Shown here one piece after another: positions 33,729-37,381 of a DNA stretch of 37,381 nucleotides. Each line of letters starts with the position of its first letter. The first letter of the stretch is position 1. The stretch covers positions 1 to 37,381 of the forward strand of contig CAMDSS010000001.1 of assembly GCA_945907085.1 (NCBI GenBank), given 5' to 3'. Below the pieces are notes generated by a model that did not search any database, had not been told where the DNA came from, and saw nothing but the letters and a program-made list of their open reading frames with translations. Source of the stretch: Cyanobium sp. NIES-981 (lineage in GTDB: Bacteria; Cyanobacteriota; Cyanobacteriia; PCC-6307; Cyanobiaceae). Both the position numbers and the translations under genes were made by a program.

Positions 33729-34499
33729 ATGAAAGCCGTAATCCTGGCCGGGGGCCTCGGCACCCGCATTAGCGAAGAAACCAGCCTCAAACCCAAACCG
33801 ATGGTGGAAATCGGCGGCAGGCCAATCCTCTGGCACATCCTCAAGATCTTCAGCGCCCACGGCATCAATGAGTTTGTGATCTGCTGTGGCTACAAGGGTT
33901 ATGTGATCAAAGAGTATTTCGCCAACTACTTCCTGCACATGAGCGATGTGACCTTTCACATGCGCATGAACTCGATGGAGGTGCACCACAAGAAGGCGGA
34001 GCCCTGGGAAGTCACCCTGGTGGATACGGGCGAAGCCAGCATGACTGGCGGCCGTCTTAAACGTGTTCGGGATTACTTACGTGATGAGGCCTTCTGTTTC
34101 ACTTACGGCGATGGTGTTGCGGATGTGGATATCACAGCTCTGATTGCTCACCACAAAACGCATGGCCGCCTGGGCACGGTCACGGCCGTGCAGCCGCCTG
34201 GACGCTTTGGGGCGATGCAGTTTGGCGAGCATGCGGCGGTTTCGGGATTCCAGGAAAAGCCCCAGGGCGATGGCGGCTGGATCAACGGCGGCTTCTTCGT
34301 GCTGGAGCCCGAGGTGATCGATCGCATCGAAGGCGATGGCACCATCTGGGAGCAGGATCCGCTGCGCAGCCTTGCGGCTGATGGTCAGCTCACGGCCTAT
34401 CACCACACGGGCTTCTGGCAGCCGATGGATACCCTACGCGATCGCGTGCACCTGGAGGAGCTCTGGGCCGAGGCCAAGGCGCCCTGGAAGGTGTGGTGA
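33729..34499 (+). CDS. rfbF: Glucose-1-phosphate cytidylyltransferase
   Basis: [45 protein letters not shown]. Confidence 0.96.
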   Translation: MKAVILAGGLGTRISEETSLKPKPMVEIGGRPILWHILKIFSAHGINEFVICCGYKGYVIKEYFANYFLHMSDVTFHMRMNSMEVHHKKAEPWEVTLVDTGEASMTGGRLKRVRDYLRDEAFCFTYGDGVADVDITALIAHHKTHGRLGTVTAVQPPGRFGAMQFGEHAAVSGFQEKPQGDGGWINGGFFVLEPEVIDRIEGDGTIWEQDPLRSLAADGQLTAYHHTGFWQPMDTLRDRVHLEELWAEAKAPWKVW

Positions 34500-35592
34500 T
34501 GTTGGACGCCGCATTCTGGGCTGGCCGGCGGGTGCTGCTCACCGGCCACACCGGCTTCAAGGGCAGCTGGCTGCTGCTCTGGCTGCAGCAGCTGGGAGCG
34601 CAGGTGTGGACCTACGCCCTGGAGCCCGAACCGGAACCCAACCTCTTCCGTCAGCTGGCCCAGGCTCGGCCCGCCGGGGACGGCTGGCAGCACCAGATCG
34701 GTGATCTGGCCGATCTCGAAGCCCTCAAAGCCCTGGTGCTAAAGGCACAACCGGAGTTGGTGCTGCATCTGGCCGCCCAGCCCCTGGTGCGGCGCAGCTA
34801 CGAAGATCCGCTCGGCACCTGGGCCACCAATTTGATGGGCTCATTGCATCTTCTAGAGGCCCTGAAGACCCTGGCCCATCCCTGTGCGGTGGTGATGGTG
34901 ACGACGGACAAGGTCTACGAAAACCGTGAGTGGGCCTATGGCTACCGCGAGCCCGATCGCCTCGGCGGTCACGACCCCTACAGCGCCAGCAAGGCCGGCG
35001 CGGAGATCGCCATCGCCAGCTGGCGCTCCAGCTTCTGCGGCCAGGGCGTCCATCAAACGCCCTACCTGCGCATCGCCACCGCCCGGGCCGGCAATGTGAT
35101 CGGCGGGGGCGACTGGGCGGCGGATCGGATCGTGCCGGATGCCATCCGCTCACTGGCCCGGGGCGAGCCGATCCCCGTGCGCAATCCAGCGGCCACCCGC
35201 CCCTGGCAGCACGTGATCGAACCGCTGGCGGGCTATCTGCGGTTGGCCGAGGCCCTGGCCCAGGGGGCCACGCCTCCTTGCGAGGCCTCAACTTCGGCCC
35301 CTGCCTGGCCAGCAATCGCCCCGTTGGTGAACTGGTGGCCACGATCCTGGAGCACTGGCCCGGGGAGTGGCTGGATCAAAGCGACCCAACCGCTCCGCAC
35401 GAGGCGAATCTGCTGCATCTGCAGATCGACAAGGCCCATCACCAGCTGGGCTGGCAACCCCGCTGGGATTACGCCATCACGATCGAGCGAACTGTGGCTT
35501 GGTATCAGGCCCATCACCGGGGCACACCTGCGCTGGAGTGCTGCCTGGCCGATTTAAACGCCTACACCTCACACCTCTCCCTCACCCCATGA
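34493..35592 (+). pseudogene. rfbG: CDP-glucose 4,6-dehydratase, frameshifted (real lesion or sequencing error)
   Basis: LTGHTGFKGSWL, AAQPLVR, TTDKVY, PYSASK, RPWQHV; the C-terminus NFGP..PHEANLL..WY is in another frame after 35288. Confidence 0.88.
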
Positions 35593-37076
35593 GTGATCCC
35601 CAGGCCCTGAAGCAGGAAATCCTGCGCCTCACCCGCGAGTATTCCCGCCAGGTGCATGGCAACTTCCGCCCGGCAGCGGATCCTGAGCGCCAACCCTGGC
35701 AGCCGGGAACCACCATCCCCTATGCGGGCCGGGTGTTCACGGAAGAGGAGGTGGAGGCGGCCGTGGGCAGCACGCTGGATTTCTGGCTCACCCTGGGTAC
35801 AGAGGGTGAGGCCTTCCAGAAGGAGCTGGCGGCATTTCTGGGGGTGCGCCATTCGCTGCTGGTGAATTCCGGCTCCAGCGCCAATCTGGTGGCGATCTCA
35901 GCGCTCACCTCCGCCAAGCTGCCCGAGGCGCGCCGGATCAAGCCTGGTGATGAGGTCATCACGGTGGCGGCGGGCTTCCCCACCACCGTGGCGCCGATTG
36001 TGCAGGTGGGTGCGGTGCCGGTGTTCATCGATGCCGATCCGATCACGGGCAATGCCCGCTGCGATCAGCTGGAAGCGGCCTACAGCGCTGGCAAAACAAA
36101 GGCCGTGATGATGGCCCATGCCCTGGGCAATCCCTTCGATCTGGCCGTCACCCTGGCCTTCTGCCAGAAGTACGACCTCTGGCTGGTGGAGGACAACTGC
36201 GATGCCCTCGGCTGCAGCTACTCCATGCCGCGGGAGCTGGCCGAGAGCCTGGGCTTCAGTGAAAACAGCCCTGGCCTCGATGAGGGCCCTGATCGGGTGA
36301 TCCGCTGGACCGGCACCTGGGGTGACATCAGCACCCAGAGCTTCTACCCGCCCCATCACCTCACCATGGGCGAGGGCGGTGCCGTGAACATTGTGCGCGA
36401 TCAAAAGCTCAAGGTGATCGCCGAAAGCTTCCGCGACTGGGGGCGCGACTGCTGGTGCCCCAGCGGCATCGACAACACCTGCAATAAACGCTTCGGCTGG
36501 CAGCTGGGAGAGCTGCCAGAGGGGTACGACCACAAGTACACCTACAGCCATCTGGGTTTCAATCTCAAGCCCCTGGATCCGCAGGCGGCGATCGGCCGGG
36601 TGCAGCTGCGGCGGCTGCCCGAGTTTATCGAGGCCCGCAAGCTGAACTGGGAGACGTTGCGTCGGGGCCTGGCGGCTCATGAGGATGTGCTCGAATTCGC
36701 TCTGCCCACCCATGCCACCGCCTGGGATCCGGAGCAGGGCTTCAGCTGGGATGCCAGCGGGTGCCGCACGGATTGCTCCTGGTTTGGCTTCAAGATTGCG
36801 GTGAAGCCAACTGCGGTTTTCAGCCGTACGGAGCTGGCTCAGGAGTTGGACCGCAACCAGATTGGTAACCGCATGCTGTTCGGCGGTAACCTCGTGCGGC
36901 AGCCGGCCTTTGTGCAACTCAAGCAGGATCGTCCTGAGGCCTTGCGGGTGGTGGGGGATCTGGCTGATTCAGATCAGATCATGACCAACACTTTGTTTCT
37001 GGGCACCTATCCAGGGCTTACGGCTGAGATGCTTCAGGCGGAGATCGGGGTGATCCAGGCCTTTGCCGGAGGCTAG
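35589..37076 (+). CDS. rfbH: CDP-4-keto-6-deoxyglucose 3-dehydratase (E1, DdhC)
   Basis: LVNSGSSANL, EDNCDALG, SFYPPHHLTMGEGG (His at the usual PLP-Lys position), GRDCWC..NTC, YDHKY. Confidence 0.93.
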   Translation: MSDPQALKQEILRLTREYSRQVHGNFRPAADPERQPWQPGTTIPYAGRVFTEEEVEAAVGSTLDFWLTLGTEGEAFQKELAAFLGVRHSLLVNSGSSANLVAISALTSAKLPEARRIKPGDEVITVAAGFPTTVAPIVQVGAVPVFIDADPITGNARCDQLEAAYSAGKTKAVMMAHALGNPFDLAVTLAFCQKYDLWLVEDNCDALGCSYSMPRELAESLGFSENSPGLDEGPDRVIRWTGTWGDISTQSFYPPHHLTMGEGGAVNIVRDQKLKVIAESFRDWGRDCWCPSGIDNTCNKRFGWQLGELPEGYDHKYTYSHLGFNLKPLDPQAAIGRVQLRRLPEFIEARKLNWETLRRGLAAHEDVLEFALPTHATAWDPEQGFSWDASGCRTDCSWFGFKIAVKPTAVFSRTELAQELDRNQIGNRMLFGGNLVRQPAFVQLKQDRPEALRVVGDLADSDQIMTNTLFLGTYPGLTAEMLQAEIGVIQAFAGG

Positions 37077-37080
37077 CGCC

Positions 37081-37381
37081 ATGACTGATCTAATTATACG
37101 CTCCCAGCCTATCCCGGGGGTGTACGTTCTCGATTGCCCCCATTTTCGCGATCATCGCGGTGATTTCACCAAGCTGTTTCATGCCGAGGCCTTGCTGGCT
37201 CAGGGCATTGTCTTCACCCCTGCGGAATCGTTCCTCACCCGATCTAATGCTGGTGTGCTGCGCGGTATGCATTTTCAGGTTGACGAAGCTGCGCATGACA
37301 AACTCGTGACCTGCATCAAGGGCCGAGTGCTGGATGTGGTGGTGGACGTACGCCCCGACAGCCCCCATTTCAACCAGCCGT
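37081..37381 (+). CDS. NDP-4-keto-6-deoxyhexose 3,5-/5-epimerase (RmlC cupin), partial
   Basis: Manual translation: FRDHRGDF...GVLRGMHFQ...KLVTCIKGRVLDVVVDVRPDSP. Confidence 0.9.
   Translation, partial: MTDLIIRSQPIPGVYVLDCPHFRDHRGDFTKLFHAEALLAQGIVFTPAESFLTRSNAGVLRGMHFQVDEAAHDKLVTCIKGRVLDVVVDVRPDSPHFNQP

Overview
High-GC picocyanobacterial DNA (Cyanobium/Synechococcus-like, inferred from ndhS, the rnpB structure and gene order). Bases 1-2390 are core genome: partial manC, rimM, ndhS, rnc, RNase P RNA and tRNA-Arg(CCT). An accessory cell-surface region follows. (i) A decayed outer-membrane barrel gene. (ii) A ~15.4 kb biosynthetic cluster: LysR regulator, MFS exporter, MGDG-synthase-like GT28, a single-module reducing type I PKS (KS-AT-DH-ER-KR-ACP-thioester reductase), a ceramide-glucosyltransferase-like GT2, a START/SRPBCC protein, a membrane alpha/beta hydrolase and a cytochrome P450. 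It is the best candidate for an undescribed system, probably making a polyketide-derived glycolipid. (iii) A wza-wzc export operon ending in an apparently tandem-duplicated beta-barrel protein. (iv) About ten toxin-antitoxin modules (one vapBC upstream of the export operon, the rest packed in ~4.7 kb), about half reduced to deletion-fused relics. (v) A capD-like dehydratase, an ABC flippase and rfbF-rfbG(frameshifted)-rfbH-epimerase for CDP-3,6-dideoxyhexose synthesis. All family assignments come from motif recognition by eye; no database searches were run.
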